Source: Chlorokybus atmophyticus
Taxonomy: Eukaryota > Plantae > Mesostigma and Chlorokybus algae
NCBI GenBank assembly: GCA_009103225.1
Contig: RHPI01003491.1
Location: forward strand, 162,450-226,449
Length of the DNA stretch: 64,000 nucleotides
Direction: 5' to 3'
Numbering within the stretch: position 1 is the stretch's first letter; every line of letters starts with the position of its first letter. The notes beneath the pieces were generated by a model. It had not been told where the DNA came from. It did not search any database and worked only from the letters and a program-made list of their open reading frames with translations. Made by a program: the position numbers and the translations under genes. This document shows positions 23,441-36,763 of the stretch, one piece after another.

Positions 23441-24493
23441 CATGTGTGCATACACTCTCGCACACACACACGCGCGCGCGCAGAGTAACACCATGCGTGC
23501 GTGCATTGTTATACCAAAGTTGTCGATTGAAATGCCAAAAAGGTTTTTGATTTTGGACACTTACAAGCGTGATGCGCATTGTATATCATATAAGGATTAC
23601 AACGGGCGTTCTGAAAAGCATACCGCATTTACTCGTATACTTGCCCCNNNNNNNNNNNNNNNNNNNNNNNNNNNNNNNNNNNNNNNNNNNNNNNNNNNNN
23701 NNNNNNNNNNNNNNNNNNNNNNNNNNNNNNNNNNNNNNNNNNNNNNNNNNNNNNNNNNNNNNNNNNNNNNNNNNNNNNNNNNNNNNNNNNNNNNNNNNNN
23801 NNNNNNNNNNNNNNNNNNNNNNNNNNNNNNNNNNNNNNNNNNNNNNNNNNNNNNNNNNNNNNNNNNNNNNNNNNNNNNNNNNNNNNNNNNNNNNNNNNNN
23901 NNNNNNNNNNNNNNNNNNNNNNNNNNNNNNNNNNNNNNNNNNNNNNNNNNNNNCCTCCCACGGGCATACAAGTCCCCTGGCAAAGTGCTTTTGAACATGA
24001 TGGGGCCTATATTAACGCCATTTTACGGGAGCACAAATAGGCTTGATACATGGCCTCCTCAAGAAAATAGGGTGAGGGGCTTATATTTATAGTTGAGGTT
24101 TCTGTTCAAGTAAATACGGTACTCATTTGTGAATGGCTACCTGCGTTGCATGAACCACACTTATTATCCAGCATAACACCGTGGGCGAACAATGGTGGCG
24201 GCTTTGATATTGACGTGTTGGGTCAACGCTGTGAACCAAGGGCCACGAGTCATGGCCCATGACGGTTTTCTATGCCCCATGCTGCATGCACGACACTGTG
24301 CGTTGCTGACATGGTACATGCCGAGCCCGATGATCACTTTCATCAGTGTTGATTCAGTCTGATGAACGTTCCAGAATGCACTGCATAGCCAGGACGGTGC
24401 TATGAGCGTCGGCCGTCGGCGGCAGTGGAGGTGGCGGGCTGCGGAGTCAGTTAAAGGCGGAGGAGGAGAAGGAGGAGCAGAATCTGCTGTACG

Positions 24494-26266
24494 ATGAGCA
24501 AGAAGGAGCTGTCTTACAGGTCATTTGCTGCCATACTCTTGTCCTGCATTGCTGCAGAAGAGCTATGACGCCACACGTGGTTGCAAGCACTGCATGCTCG
24601 ATTACGACTAGCTGCTGCTGCTATTTGGCAGCGCGAATGCATGTGCTCTATACCACTTGACACAATACACATATGCACATGCGTAAAGTTTGTCTCAACA
24701 GGTACTGGACGAGCGACGCCGCCAGCAGCGAACAAGCAGCAGCGAAACCGCCGGCGCCGAAGCAGCTGAGTCAGGAGGAGGCTGCGCAGCTCAACCGCAC
24801 CGATTCAGCTGGATCTATCTGGAACCAGGTTTGGGATGCTGTTATCGCTGTCAATGTGTTTGCATTGTGTGTAGCTCAGTTCACAAAGCATGGCCCTGCG
24901 GGTTGGTTGTTCTACTATTGACTGGGCTTGCTCGTGGGAGTCATCCTGCGGAGGAGGCCAGTACGAATTGAACAGGCAGATATGTCAACCTTTCAATTCA
25001 TAAGTGTATCCGCTTTGGGAGTTTATCACTGTGAAGTGTACAGAGCAGTGCTAATTTGCTGAGTCATGTAGGTGCACTCGTAGTTTGTACACTGGGTTTG
25101 TAGTAGTTTATACATTGCTTGTGTACACAGTTCAAACACTGGCATGTAGCTTACAGCTTATACCAGATTGTGGGCGCGTACATGCGCGAATGCGTGCGTA
25201 TCTGTAAATGTGCGGGCGTATTCGCGTGCATGCGATCAAAGTAGTAGTAAGCAGAAAGCAGATGCTGCATGTCTAGGTTTCACTATGATAGCTATCATGG
25301 GACAGGCTGGCACATGGGAGGAAAAGAATGTGACGGAGTGGGCTCGCAGCCGGCTCAAGGTAATAGCTGACTCTGTGTACTTGGTATGTATCCATATTCT
25401 TTACTTTTTGAGGTTGTGCATTCCGACCCTGTATGCAGTACGTATGCATAAGTCTGCGCACTTAAAGGCCAATGCACAGTCGATAGAGCATAGACGTCGT
25501 TGTGCTTGCATACACCACATGCATTCCCATGTGACTCCCTGCCATTAGCAACTAAACTGAGGCCATGCATGGCTTCAGACACTGCTTGTGGGTTTGGAAG
25601 CTTCTACAAGCAACTGCAGCTTGCAGACGACACAAGTGAACAAGTGCGAAGGCGACGTAAGTACAACGCATTGTGCAACTTGACAAATTGTTGTTGTGGA
25701 TGAGCATGCGTGACAAAGGCAACTCCCTGTTGCTGTCCTGTAGGCCATTCTATTTGTTGTGCGAGGCCAGCAGCGATTCAACTTTGACTTTGATGTCACG
25801 ACTGAATGGGCCGGTGAGTGCTAATGTTCACAACGTGTTGGCAACGTACGTGTATGAACCGCGTGCACTGCTCGTTAAGGTAGGCTTACATTTTACATGT
25901 TGCAGGGACTGTGACAGATGATGATAACACGGTTGATGTTGTGGGAACATTCAGACTACCTGACCTGACTCCAGATGAGCTGGACAGTATGGAGGTAAGG
26001 GCCTATAGAATTGCAATTCCAATTGCAATATCCTGTTGTTTAACTTGTCCAAACTGTGATAAACGCAACAACTGCACTGTGATGCAAGAACATGACTCTG
26101 CATGTTTGTTTGTGGTTGTGTTTAGGATCAGTTGGACTTGAGCGTGCGCAGTTCAAGCGAAGCAGCCAAGCGATTGGCGCTCGCCACAGCGAAGCACCTG
26201 GTTGGTCCGCTTGAAAAACGCTTGCGCGAGTTTGAGAAAGAGTTGAAACAGATGTGCGGGCAATAA
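24494..26266 (+). CDS. Aha1 N-terminal-domain protein (Hsp90 co-chaperone family, plant At5g58110-type), 7 exons
   Basis: MSKKELSYR|YWTSDA...PPAPKQLSQ...SAGSIWNQ|AGTWEEKNVTEWARSRLK|TLLVGLE...VNKCEGD|AILFVVRGQQRFNFDFDV...|...GTFRLPDLTPDELDSME|...LEKRLREFEKELKQMCGQ*. The SYRYW and WNxAGTWEEK motifs are present. Confidence 0.88.
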
Positions 26267-26356
26267 TAATGTTACAAGTGTTACAGCCGGTCCTGTGTCA
26301 TGAGTGTGGGCGTGACCACTATTCTGCAACTTTGTTATGCTAGCAATTATCAAAAA

Positions 26357-28057
26357 TCATGGGGTGCGAGGCGTCCCGCACTCGGAGCAAAACTTTGAGG
26401 TCTCGCGCACGAACGCGCAACCGCACTCATCGCAAAACTTGGGTGCTGATGCTGCTGAGCCTGCAGCATTCCCACTTGAGGCCTGCATTGAGTTGGTTTG
26501 TGTCAATGGACAAGCAAAGCTCTTAGCATGCGTTTTAGAAGATGTCGAATAGGGTTCCACACTTGTGCAGCTGAGGTATGTGCACAACACGCCCACATTC
26601 ACCCAGGACTCGCCTTTGTGCTGTTTTGGCTGCGGGGTTGAGCCCGTTCAGCCGCACTTGCGCCGTTTGTGATGTCACTAAGTTGAGGTTGCCCGCTGGC
26701 ACCAACGGTCTTTGCTAGCTCGTGGCTCTTGCGCATGGGTGGCTGGGCAGCTTGCTTGGCGGCCTTGTGCGCTGAATGATAGAAGTGGGAAAGGAAGGTA
26801 AGGTGAGCGAATGATGGTACTAAGGTGAGCACAGAAGGTAGCGCTGCTTTGAGGCAGGCACATTTGGTAATGAACTACACCAAATGTCCTTGTGCATGCG
26901 CGCGCACACACCCTCACACATTCAGCTGCATCCTCTCTTTACCGTATGCAGGCACTCGTGGGGCACACACACGTACACACACACTTACTGGCGCATAGAC
27001 ATGTTTGTGCACAACAAACCTGTAGGTGTAGTGGGCGCGCTGTGCGTGTTACTGCTCGTTGAGGGCCGCTCAACCTTTGAGGCAAATTAGTAAGTTCTTT
27101 GGAGAATACAACAACCACACCAGCGCATGCAGTTACAAGCAGCACTTGGAAACAAACAGACGTAAGTCTTACCTTTGCCTGCAGCGCAGGCTGTTTAGCC
27201 TGTACTGGCTTATTCGACAGGGAAGCAGATGTCAACGCCGTTCCTGTAGACAACAAAGGCACATGAGGTGAGCGTCCATAAGTGGTTTAATACCAGATAA
27301 CACAACACTATAGTAGTCACATAGTCGCACCAGCAGGCTTGGCAGGGTTCTCCGGCGTGCACGACTTATGGTGCCTCGCGAGCGCCTCCGGCCGGAATGT
27401 CCGCCCGCAGTTGGCACAAGACTCGAGGGTCCGCTTCTCCCATTGCTCATACATCCTTCACACGCACAAGCCAACACATCAGTTATTATGTTGGCTTTTG
27501 CGCAGTACACTCAGTGAACACCCCTCCTCTTCCAACACACACACGCGCGTGTATGTTGGGGGAAGAAGGGTGCACACGCGCGTGTGCTTCCTGTATGTAT
27601 GTGTATGCGTGCGTGTGCCGTGCACTTCCCCCAACACACGCATGCACATGCAGACACACACATACGCACGTGTGTGCGCACACACATCATCAGCAGACCC
27701 AACACATATGACCACACTCCCCCCTCATACTTGTCATTGAACTCCTGCGTGGCCTTGGCGTCCATCCCCTCCTTCGGCATCGCGTCCAGCCCCTCTGGCG
27801 GCTGCGGCAGCGGCCTGCGCTCGCGGGGGGGCTTCTGGGACTCCTGGGTCAGCCACGCCTTCTTGCACTGGTCTTGGTGGATGGGGAGACTGCCCGGGGG
27901 AGGGGGAGGGGGGAGGGGTTGGATGTGGGAGATGCGGGTGCGTGGGGGTGGATGGGAGTGGGGGTGGATGGGAGTGCAAATGCGTGAGTGTGGGGGTGTG
28001 GGGGTATGGGTGTGAGGGGCGGGGGGAGTGTGGGTATGTATGTGTGAACGGGTGCGC

Positions 28058-28108
<51 letters not shown>

Positions 28109-28473
28109 NNNNNNNNNNNNNNNNNNNNNNNNNNNNNNNNNNNNNNNNNNNNNNNNNNNNNNNNNNNNNNNNNNNNNNNNNNNNNNNNNNNNNNNNNNNN
28201 NNNNNNNNNNNNNNNNNNNNNNNNNNNNNNNNNNNNNNNNNNNNNNNNNNNNNNNNNNNNNNNNNNNNNNNNNNNNNNNNNNNNNNNNNNNNNNNNNNNN
28301 NNNNNNNNNNNNNNNNNNNNNNNNNNNNNNNNNNNNNNNNNNNNNNNNNNNNNNNNNNNNNNNNNNNNNNNNNNNNNNNNNNNNNNNNNNNNNNNNNNNN
28401 NNNNNNNNNNNNNNNNNNNNNNNNNNNNNNNNNNNNNNNNNNNNNNNNNNNNNNNNNNNNNNNNNNNNNNNNN

Positions 28474-28552
<79 letters not shown>

Positions 28553-28787
28553 GAGGTTCCACTATGCTGTCAAGAAGGGAGACATACAAAGTACATGCTG
28601 ATTTTCAGTACAGTAGTGTAAGCTTATGATCAAAACCATACTAGTATTGACTTGGTGCAATCAGCTGTTTGCAGAATGCACGCAGCGATGCTGTGACCCA
28701 CCTCTTCGTGCCATACTCTCTGCCGCACAGGTAGCACATCAGCATGCGTGGCCTTGACGCCGGGTTGCTGCTGTACGCGATATCCAT
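26357..28787 (-). CDS. C2HC zinc-finger protein (ZNF474/ZC2HC1-like) with a C-terminal double zinc ribbon
   Basis: MDIAYSSNPASRPRMLMCYLCGREYGTKS|LPIHQDQCKKAW...RRPLPQPP...|LESCANCGRTFRPEALARHHKSC...; last exon KFCDECGCAFVRETSKFCSECGTPRTP*. The start codon and the low-complexity middle exons are uncertain. Confidence 0.8.
28059..28547. repeat. (GA)n microsatellite around assembly gap 28109-28473, preceded by a G-rich tract (about 27895-28035)
   Basis: Direct reading; lies inside intron 1 of the C2HC gene. Confidence 0.95.
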
Positions 28788-30059
28788 CTTGTCTGGCACT
28801 GGCGCCTCCACCGCCTCCAGTAGCCTCAAGCCTGGCCTGGCCCGATCTACCGCGATCAAGGCTCGGCCTGGTACGGTCCGGCCTGGTCTGGTCTGGTCAA
28901 AAGTTGAGTTGACGGCAAACGGCCTGGCCGAATGGTTATTTACAGTTGGTTAATAAGCGTGTCTGCTCGTGGTTAACAGGACGGTGAAGTAAAGTAGCCT
29001 CAAATCTTGCTGTTTGCCGTTAGCCATAATCCAGACGGCGCTATGCTTGGCGTCAGTGGCGGCATGGTCGGTGGCATTGTCGGCGGTAGGGTTGGGCGGC
29101 GCACCATGCTTGAGAAGCAGTAAGAATTCTTGCGGGGGATTAAGTAAGTTACTTCTCAGGCATTGATCGAGTTTGTTTAGGGTAGCAATGGAGGACATGA
29201 GCGACAAGCGGGGCGCCTGGACGGAAGGGGATGGGGAGGGAGAAGGAGAGGCAGCGTCTGAAAGGTTAGGGTTTGAGATGTTGTCCTGTAATTAATTTTC
29301 TACTAGTTGTATTACCTGTACTCTCAAGCAAGCCTGTTTGGAATGTGAGAAGAATCACACTGGGAGTAAACTGCAGACCGGAATGCAAGGCCATGCGACA
29401 CAATCACAGGCATCTTGGGCAATGCACACCGTGAACACAAGCACGCATGCATGCGTCACGGTGTGCATTCCATACTATGCATGCGAAGCATGTTTGTTCC
29501 GAGAATCTCTGGGGTAGTTTAGTTTGAGACTTTGGTAATCTTTATCCCGTGCCATTTTCACGTCTTGTAAGCCAAGTGTACAGCAGCTTACATGACGCGT
29601 GTTACGTTGCGTTGAAACACGCAATGCGGTGCAATGCAGGCATTGCATTGCATCACATTGCCTTGTAATGCCTTGCAATGCATGGGAAGGCAGGGCAGCG
29701 TTAAGGCACTCATTGCAGTCGGTTGGTGTCTCCCACAATCTAACGCTTACCACCTTACATCATAAGGTTGTGTGCAGTATTGTAGTCTAATACACTGCCT
29801 TGCAAATGTCACATGCATGTTTCTTGTGGATCGGAAGCTTTTAGGTTGGTGTCTGTGTCTGTGTTTAACCTTCTCCAGAGTCAGCCAATGTCCACTTTGC
29901 AACCATTTGATCAAGAATAGCCAGTTGATTTTGAGATGACTCAACTGTGAGCTTACCCTGTGTGCTGTCAACTCGCAGGGCAGTCTCGTGACCAGCCTAG
30001 TCAGCAGCCACAAAGCACCATCGGCCGCGACAGTTTGATAACTCTAGGTAACAGCGTTG

Positions 30060-33000
30060 ATGGCTGAAGCGAATGAGGCGCCAGAATGGCAGTGCCACGC
30101 ATGCACGTGCTCGAACCCTGAGAGCTTCCTCTTGTGCGCAACATGCCAGACCCAAAGAGCGCCATGCACCGGAGGTACAGCGCGTGCATGCGTTCACGTC
30201 TGCATTCGCATGCATGTGGGAATTATATATGCGCGTGCCTGCGTATATGTATTGGTGGGCGCGTGCACGTATGCGCGTGCTTGTGCGCGCGCACACGTGC
30301 GTGTGTGCGCTTGTATGAAGTGCATGTTTGAGGCTGATGCTCTGTGCCACAGATTGGCAATGCCCGCGATGCAAATACGTCAACAAAAAGCCCAAGAAGG
30401 GCAAGAAGCCAGCATGCTACTGGTGCACGAAGCTCGTAAAAAACACAGGCTCGTTTACCAAAGAAGAAGATGAAGCACCCTCAGAGCAGATCGACAACAA
30501 CAACAACAACACCAATAACAACAACAACAACAACAACAACAGCATTGCTGATGACAAAGAACAGGCAGGCCCTTCTGCAGCCCAAACCGCAACCCAACCC
30601 GCAGCCATTACTGCACCCACTCCTGCAGCCGCTCCTTCAGCAAGCCCCTGCAAGCCGAGCTTCGCCAATCAAGGCAGAGTTTCGCCTGCGATAGTGGTGG
30701 CGAAGCCGCCTGCTGCGAGGCCGCGTACGCCTGCGGATGATCCAATCAGGGAGAGTGCGGTGGCGCTCGGCAGACGCGCTGCGAACAACAACAATGGCAA
30801 GAGTGTGATGAGACTGGACAGCGGCAAGAAGGAGCAGCTGCAGGCAAGTTGAAATGTAGTTGTAAACGTGTTTGTACGCGAATGATGGCTGTTGGGATGC
30901 CAATGTGTTGCATACATCGTACATTCACTCTATGGTATGTTGCACAATGTCACAGAGTGCCAGATTGATGTGTTTGTTACAAGAGTCTGACTCATTCTCT
31001 TCCTCAGTCGGCTCCCAAGCCTCAGACTAGTCTGGGTAGAAGCAATGGTCCCTACGCGGTATGTGTAGCATAAAGCTCCCGCGTTTTACTTTTTTCGTTT
31101 TCTCAGCTTCGTTAGGCCGTTTCAGTTTAGCAGGCTGATAGATTATGCACAGGCAAGTGTCCCTCCAGCTGCGGAAGGCTCGTGCCCGGTCAGGACGCGG
31201 CCGCTTCACCGAGATCTGACCGGGTTGAGCTCGCTGCCAAATGAAGAGCAGGCCAAGCAGAAGCGCATGAAGATGGCAGAGAACAACGACTTGGACAACA
31301 AGGCAGAGTGCAGCAATGCCCGACAGGCTAATGGCAACGACAACATCAACAACAGGAGTAACAGCAACGGCAACCACCACCATGACGACGATGACAACCA
31401 CCACCACAACAGGAGCAACAACAACGACAACAACGTCATCAACCATAATAGCAGCGGCGGCGCCAACAGTGATGGCCATTCTCTTCGCGACAAACATAGT
31501 AAGCTCTCTGTCAGTAATAGCCTTGTCGCCGGAGTATGTCTCCTTATCATTTCATGTATTGTGTACACATTGACATACAGAAACATGTGCATGCATCCGA
31601 ATGCACACGCACGCGCAGAGCGAAGTTGGGCTCAAGTCCCACACACACTGGCACACACAAACACATACTTCCCTTCCCTCCTTCAGAAGTCATCAAAGAG
31701 GACATCTCCAACGGCCGTGAGCGGCACGCCATCCCCGCCGTCAACGATGCAGACGACGTGCTGTTGCCCTTTGTGAACGCCCGCAGCGGTGAGGACAACG
31801 AGGAGGAGGAGCAGGGTGAGAGCAAAGTGTTTCGCTACGTCGCGCAGAGCGTGTCGGCGGACGGCATGCATGGCCTCCCCGCAAGCCAGCGCCTCACGGG
31901 GTGTGATTGCAATGGGGGAAACTGCCTCGACAACCCGGCAGCCTGCAAATGCACCGGCGTGAGTTGGATGTGTGTTGCGTGTGTATGCGTAAGCAGACTA
32001 GTGTGTAATTGACACACACACATGCGCATAGAACTATACGCACACGATCACAAAGGCACACGCGTCCGTACAGATGGGTGCACGCAACAATGGAAGACAT
32101 GTGTGCGCGCGCACACACAGCAGACACATGCTTCATTGTCGCATGCATCTGTTCTCTCTTTCTTCATTGAGTGAACAAAACCACATACTCACAAGTTGAT
32201 TGTTCGATGCCCAATGTGGCAATATCAATAACACGTGATGCTCCACTTTGTTTCAGGAGGCCAGGGGCGATTTCTGCTACGAGAAGGACGGCCGGCTAAA
32301 AAGCCGCTTCGCGATGGACTACAGGAGCTGCGAGGGAGGCGGGAAAGGCGCCTACGTGTACGAGTGCAACATGCTGTGCGCATGCCATGCCAGGAACTGC
32401 GGCAACCGTGTCGTGCAAAAAGGCATCGCGCAGAAACTGCAGGTGTGTCATTGAGCAGCAACATGTCTCGCAACTTTGTGCACGTCTGTACGGGGGGCTA
32501 CGTCTGGCGTGCTGATCAATGGCATGTGTGTATGTGTGTTGGCATGTGCACGTGCATGTGCATGTGCATGTGCATGTGCGTGTGAATGTGTGTATGCAAA
32601 CATGGCAGTGGTGTGCACATCTTTTATTGTTGTTTCTTGCGCTGTGGGTTCGCAACATCTAGTATGCCCTCTACACAGGTGTTCAGAACGAAAGGCAAAG
32701 GGTGGGGAGTGCAGGCGCTGGAACGGATCTGCGCACGGGCCTTTGTGTTCGCGTACGCGGGGGAGATACTCACCAACGCGCAAGCCACGGAGCGCCTTGA
32801 GAAGTGAGGACACAGCATGTTGCTTTGCTAGTATGCGCTGTTTACCTTCACAGCTTAATTTACATCATGCATGCTGCCTTGTATGAACGGGTAAGGTTGT
32901 TTTGCTGAGACGTGGATGCGATGTGTCCAACTTTCTACCCAACAGTGTGCCGATGGCGCGGCGGTGCCACACAATGGAACTGGACGCGGACAGGTTTCTA

Positions 33001-33712
33001 GAGTACGAGTACGGTCCCGATCGCGGGGGCCTCGGCGACACTGAACTCCTGACCATCGATGCCAACCGCATCGGCAATGTCGCCAGCTTCCTCAATCATA
33101 GGTGGGATTGTGTTGTCTGAAGCTGAGTGTGTCGTTCTTCAACCTTGCAAGCGATACATTCCACTCCTGCTGGCACACCACACGCATGTGCATGCATGCA
33201 CGAACAAACGTAGATGAACGCGCACCCGCACACCCGCTTCCTAGTTGAAGTGCATGTGTGTGCGCGCGTGCACAACAACACATCTATGCGCAGTTGTGAC
33301 CCGAATTTGTTCTATCGACCTGTGCTTGTGGACGTGCACGACACGCACTGCTACACGCCCTCGTTCTTTGCGCTTCGTGACATTGAGCCCATGGAGGAGC
33401 TCACCTGGGACTACGGCAAGTATGACGCACCGGATATTGAGTACATACCTGTGAGTGAGTCTTTGTCAAGCATTATGCGAACTTGTGCTGTGCCATTCAT
33501 AAGCCTTGTCATCATTGACTGTTACGTCTCGGTTTCTGTGTGGTATCTTCTTCCCTTCTGTGCACTTCCGTTAGCTGTAGCTGAAATCACTCTGCGTGTG
33601 CGTGTGTGTTTGCGTGTTGCTCGAGCAGTCGTTCAAGTGCCTGTGCGGTTCTGCCAAGTGTCGCGATAAACGACCTCCCTCTCGCAACGGCAATGGCGCT
33701 CGCAACAGATGA
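30060..33712 (+). CDS. SUV39/SUVR-class histone H3K9 methyltransferase with two N-terminal RanBP2-type zinc fingers
   Basis: EWQCHACTCSNPESFLLCATC and DWQCPRCKYVN...CYWC; DISNGRERHAIPAVN; pre-SET GCDC...C...CKC...YECNMLCAC...CGNRVVQKG; SET VFRTKGKGWGV...AYAGEILT...IDANRIGNVASFLNHSCDPN...FFALRDIEPMEELTWDYG; post-SET FKCLCGSAKCR. H3K9 specificity is inferred from the family. Confidence 0.9.
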
Positions 33713-34465
33713 CCCATACACAAAGCACACGAGATTGTGTGTATAGGGTAAAACAGAGGGTGTGTCTCGCTGTGAGTATGTAAGCAACACAGAGGTGCGC
33801 AACTGCTGTATAACCAATAGTTTGTGGCAGCCTTCTTCTTTCCTTCCTTTTAGGCCAACTGAAGTTGACCGTTGAGCAACCAGCTGTCTTCAATAAGCTG
33901 TGAAAATACTTGATGTTAGTGTTAGCAGTCATAGTTAAGCTTTGAATTGTCTCTTGGCCATCGATAACATTCTGACTTTACAGTCCAAATCTAGCGTGTC
34001 CACATTGGCTGTGACCAATTTGTGACAACAGCCACAAGCACACATGCATGGCAAAATCCTTCATTGCATTTCTCTATACAACAAGGGCGTGAAAGTCCAG
34101 TGTGATGGTAGTGGTCTGTGGATCTCTTGGTTGAGGTACAGTCATCAATTGGATTGCATTATCAGTTGCTGCTTGGCTGAGACAACGTGCTCCTTGCACA
34201 TGATGATGTATAAATAGGACAGATTGAAGCACAATACATGGGCGGTCTCCGCACAGCACAACAGCAAACACAGACAGAAGAGTTATGTGTTTTTTCTTGT
34301 CACTCAACTGACAATCACACGTCGATCCCTTAACGCGAGCTGTGATGAAGTGCTGTCAACACAAGCGCTGAAGATCATTGCAATGTACACTATATACAAG
34401 CAGTCCGGGACACAACAATTTCATGCAAGAGTGCGCTGCTTGGTACACAACATCTTCTTCCTCGC

Positions 34466-36587
34466 TCACCCCTCCTGCGCCACTCTCTTGATGGTCTTGT
34501 TATCCAGAATCTCTTGAACCTGCTTTGCATCGCTAGCGAGACCCTCCAAACCCTTCAGCGCCTTGCTCGCTCTCAACCTCATCGCTCTCGCCACTGGGTA
34601 GGCAGGCAACGTGTGCACGCTTGCATGTATACAACCAATGCGGACTGCCAACGCCATTGCGTAGCTGTACGTGCGCTAGCACCCACGTGCATGCATGTAT
34701 GTGTTTGCGCAAATGAGACACAGCATGTGTGCGTACACGGATGCATGCGCACGCGTACTCGCACACAAACGTGCATGAATCCGTATGCTATATGCGTTTG
34801 TGCACTCGCGCTTGCACATATGTGCACACACACCCCAAACCCACCCATCCCCATCTTCCTCACCCGTGGCCACCGTCACGGACGGCAGTCTCAGCACGAG
34901 CCCGATCCTCTCCCCGAACCGCATGTCCCCCCCGCGGTCCAGCACGCCCGGTCTGAACACGGCAGCGTTGGTGAAGTTGAGAGCGAGGACGGCGGCCTCG
35001 GCCTGGCCCTTGGTGCGGGGGTAGAGGAGCCAGCTGGAGGCGGAGGCGCCCACGGAAGACACCAGAGAAAAGTGCCTGTTTCGAAGATCGATTGTTGGGA
35101 CGTAAAGTGGTTGCGTGACCGTCAAGCGAACGCACTCACACATGCAACTGCGCAACACCGGCTTGGCTTGCTTGATGGTCATTGTCTGCGTGTGCGTGCG
35201 TATGCTGAACGCACACGCACACGCACATAGCATGCATGTGTTTGCGCTCGCGCGTGCGCATGAGTGCACGCGTGTGTGTCTGTGCGTGCACGTCAATGTG
35301 TCATCCGCTTAACAATCTGCTTTGGATGTTTGCGCTTGTGCGTGCGTGCACATGGACACGTATACCGCACACGTACACGCATAGCACTCGTGCGCGCGCT
35401 TACTCCGATTTCACTCGCGTACTTACTTTGCTCCTGCGGCTTTGGCGACCTCAGCGAACTTCACGACATACTCCAGGTCGATCTTCTTGAACGCCGCCTT
35501 ACACGACACACCAATCTCATATCAAACCCACCCACCCACCCACGCAACAACACATCCTCTCTCTCTCTCTCTCTCTCTTACCGCGGATCCGGCCTGCGCG
35601 CGCGTGGTGCCCAGGCAGCAGAACGCCGCGTCGACGGAGCCGGGACGGAGGGCGGCGGCCACGTCGGGAGAGGAGGAGGAGAGGGTGTCGGCATCGGCGA
35701 GGACCTGTGAGAGTGTGTGTGTGGGTGTGTGTGGGTGTCTGCGTGCATAAGTGCATGTGCACGTGCGTGCGTATACATGCGTAGGCGCTTGCATCCGTGC
35801 GGGTGCACGTGCGCATGCGTGTGTACGTGCATGAACATGTGTAAGCACTTGTATGTGTAGTAAGTGACCGTGTGCACTGGGACGGGACGGGTGTAGCAAG
35901 CAGCCGGCACTCTCCCTCCAGCTTGCACGCATGCTCTGTTGCAACGCGTGTAATGCGTGTGCGAGACGTCATCGCTGATACTTGCATGCGTGCACGCCTT
36001 CGGCACAACAAGCCTCACAACTACTATGCACCCACACGACTTTGAATTGCGTTACACAGCAGTTGGCATCGAACGCAACGCAAAGAGCATCATCATCGCC
36101 CTCCCCTCATGCACACGCACATACGTGCATCACAACCCAATGGATGTCGGAGAACGTGTTGAACACAACAGCCACCCAATCTGCTGATGGTGTGCTATGC
36201 AAGTGTGCAATGCATTACCATGCAAGGTCCTTTGTGTGTGTCCCACCTCAATCAGCCGGCCGCTAGCCTTCTCGCTGGCGACATCCACCGCATACGACTC
36301 CGGCACCTCCACAGCTCTCCTGCAAGGTAAGGTGATTGTGACATACATGTTTTCACACCGATTATGTGTTGAACCGGAACCAAACTTGCATGAAAGCGTT
36401 GTTATTAGAGTGTCGTCAGCAGAGACAATGTGGCTGGCACTACACGTGTGCCATCGCGTTGTGATACGTGCGTGCCGCACCGTGTGATGCACGTGACGCT
36501 GGCCCAGGAGGCCTTGTCCGCCAGCAGCTCCCCCACCACGCACCGCCCAACCGCCCCGGTACCGCCCGCCACCACCGCCCGCCACAT
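34466..36587 (-). CDS. TIP30/HTATIP2 (CC3)-like NAD(P)-binding protein, 6 exons
   Basis: MWRAVVAGGTGAVGRCVVGELL...VTCITRR; DAAFCCLGTTRAQAGSA|AAFKKIDLEYVVKFAEVAKAAGAK|HFSLVSSVGASASSWLLYPRTKGQAE...AVFRPGVLDRG...RFGE. These are family motifs recalled from TIP30/Fmp52. Confidence 0.88.
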
Positions 36588-36664
36588 CTCTCCCAGACAC
36601 CACCACCACCTCCTCCTCGTTATTCTCCTCCTCCGCCTCCGCCTCCGCCGCCGCCGCCGCTGCC

Positions 36665-36763
36665 GTACATACATGTACCGTAACGTACATGGACATGTAC
36701 GTTATGGTACGTCACGTTGTCGTTCAGCACAGTACGGCACTCGTGACGTTAGTGAGTGACGTA
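36665..36763. promoter_or_regulatory. GTAC/TGACGT motif cluster in the divergent promoter between the TIP30-like and Ddl-like genes
   Basis: GTAC at 36665, 36675, 36685, 36697, 36707 and 36732; ACGTCAC/GTGACGT at about 36709, 36743 and 36757. Regulatory function is inferred. Confidence 0.4.

Noticed and set aside
22986-23560. Short ORFs inside repeat X
   Set aside because: The frames are not preserved between the two repeat copies (indels, stops).
27849-28621. Long ORFs of LS/ER repeats, and similar ORFs at 14654, 23295, 36912-37555 and 61165
   Set aside because: These are artefacts of microsatellites and N runs.
34514-36018. His/Thr/Cys/Val/Ala-rich ORFs of 90-240 aa
   Set aside because: These are translations of CA/GT-rich introns or the antisense strand of real exons.
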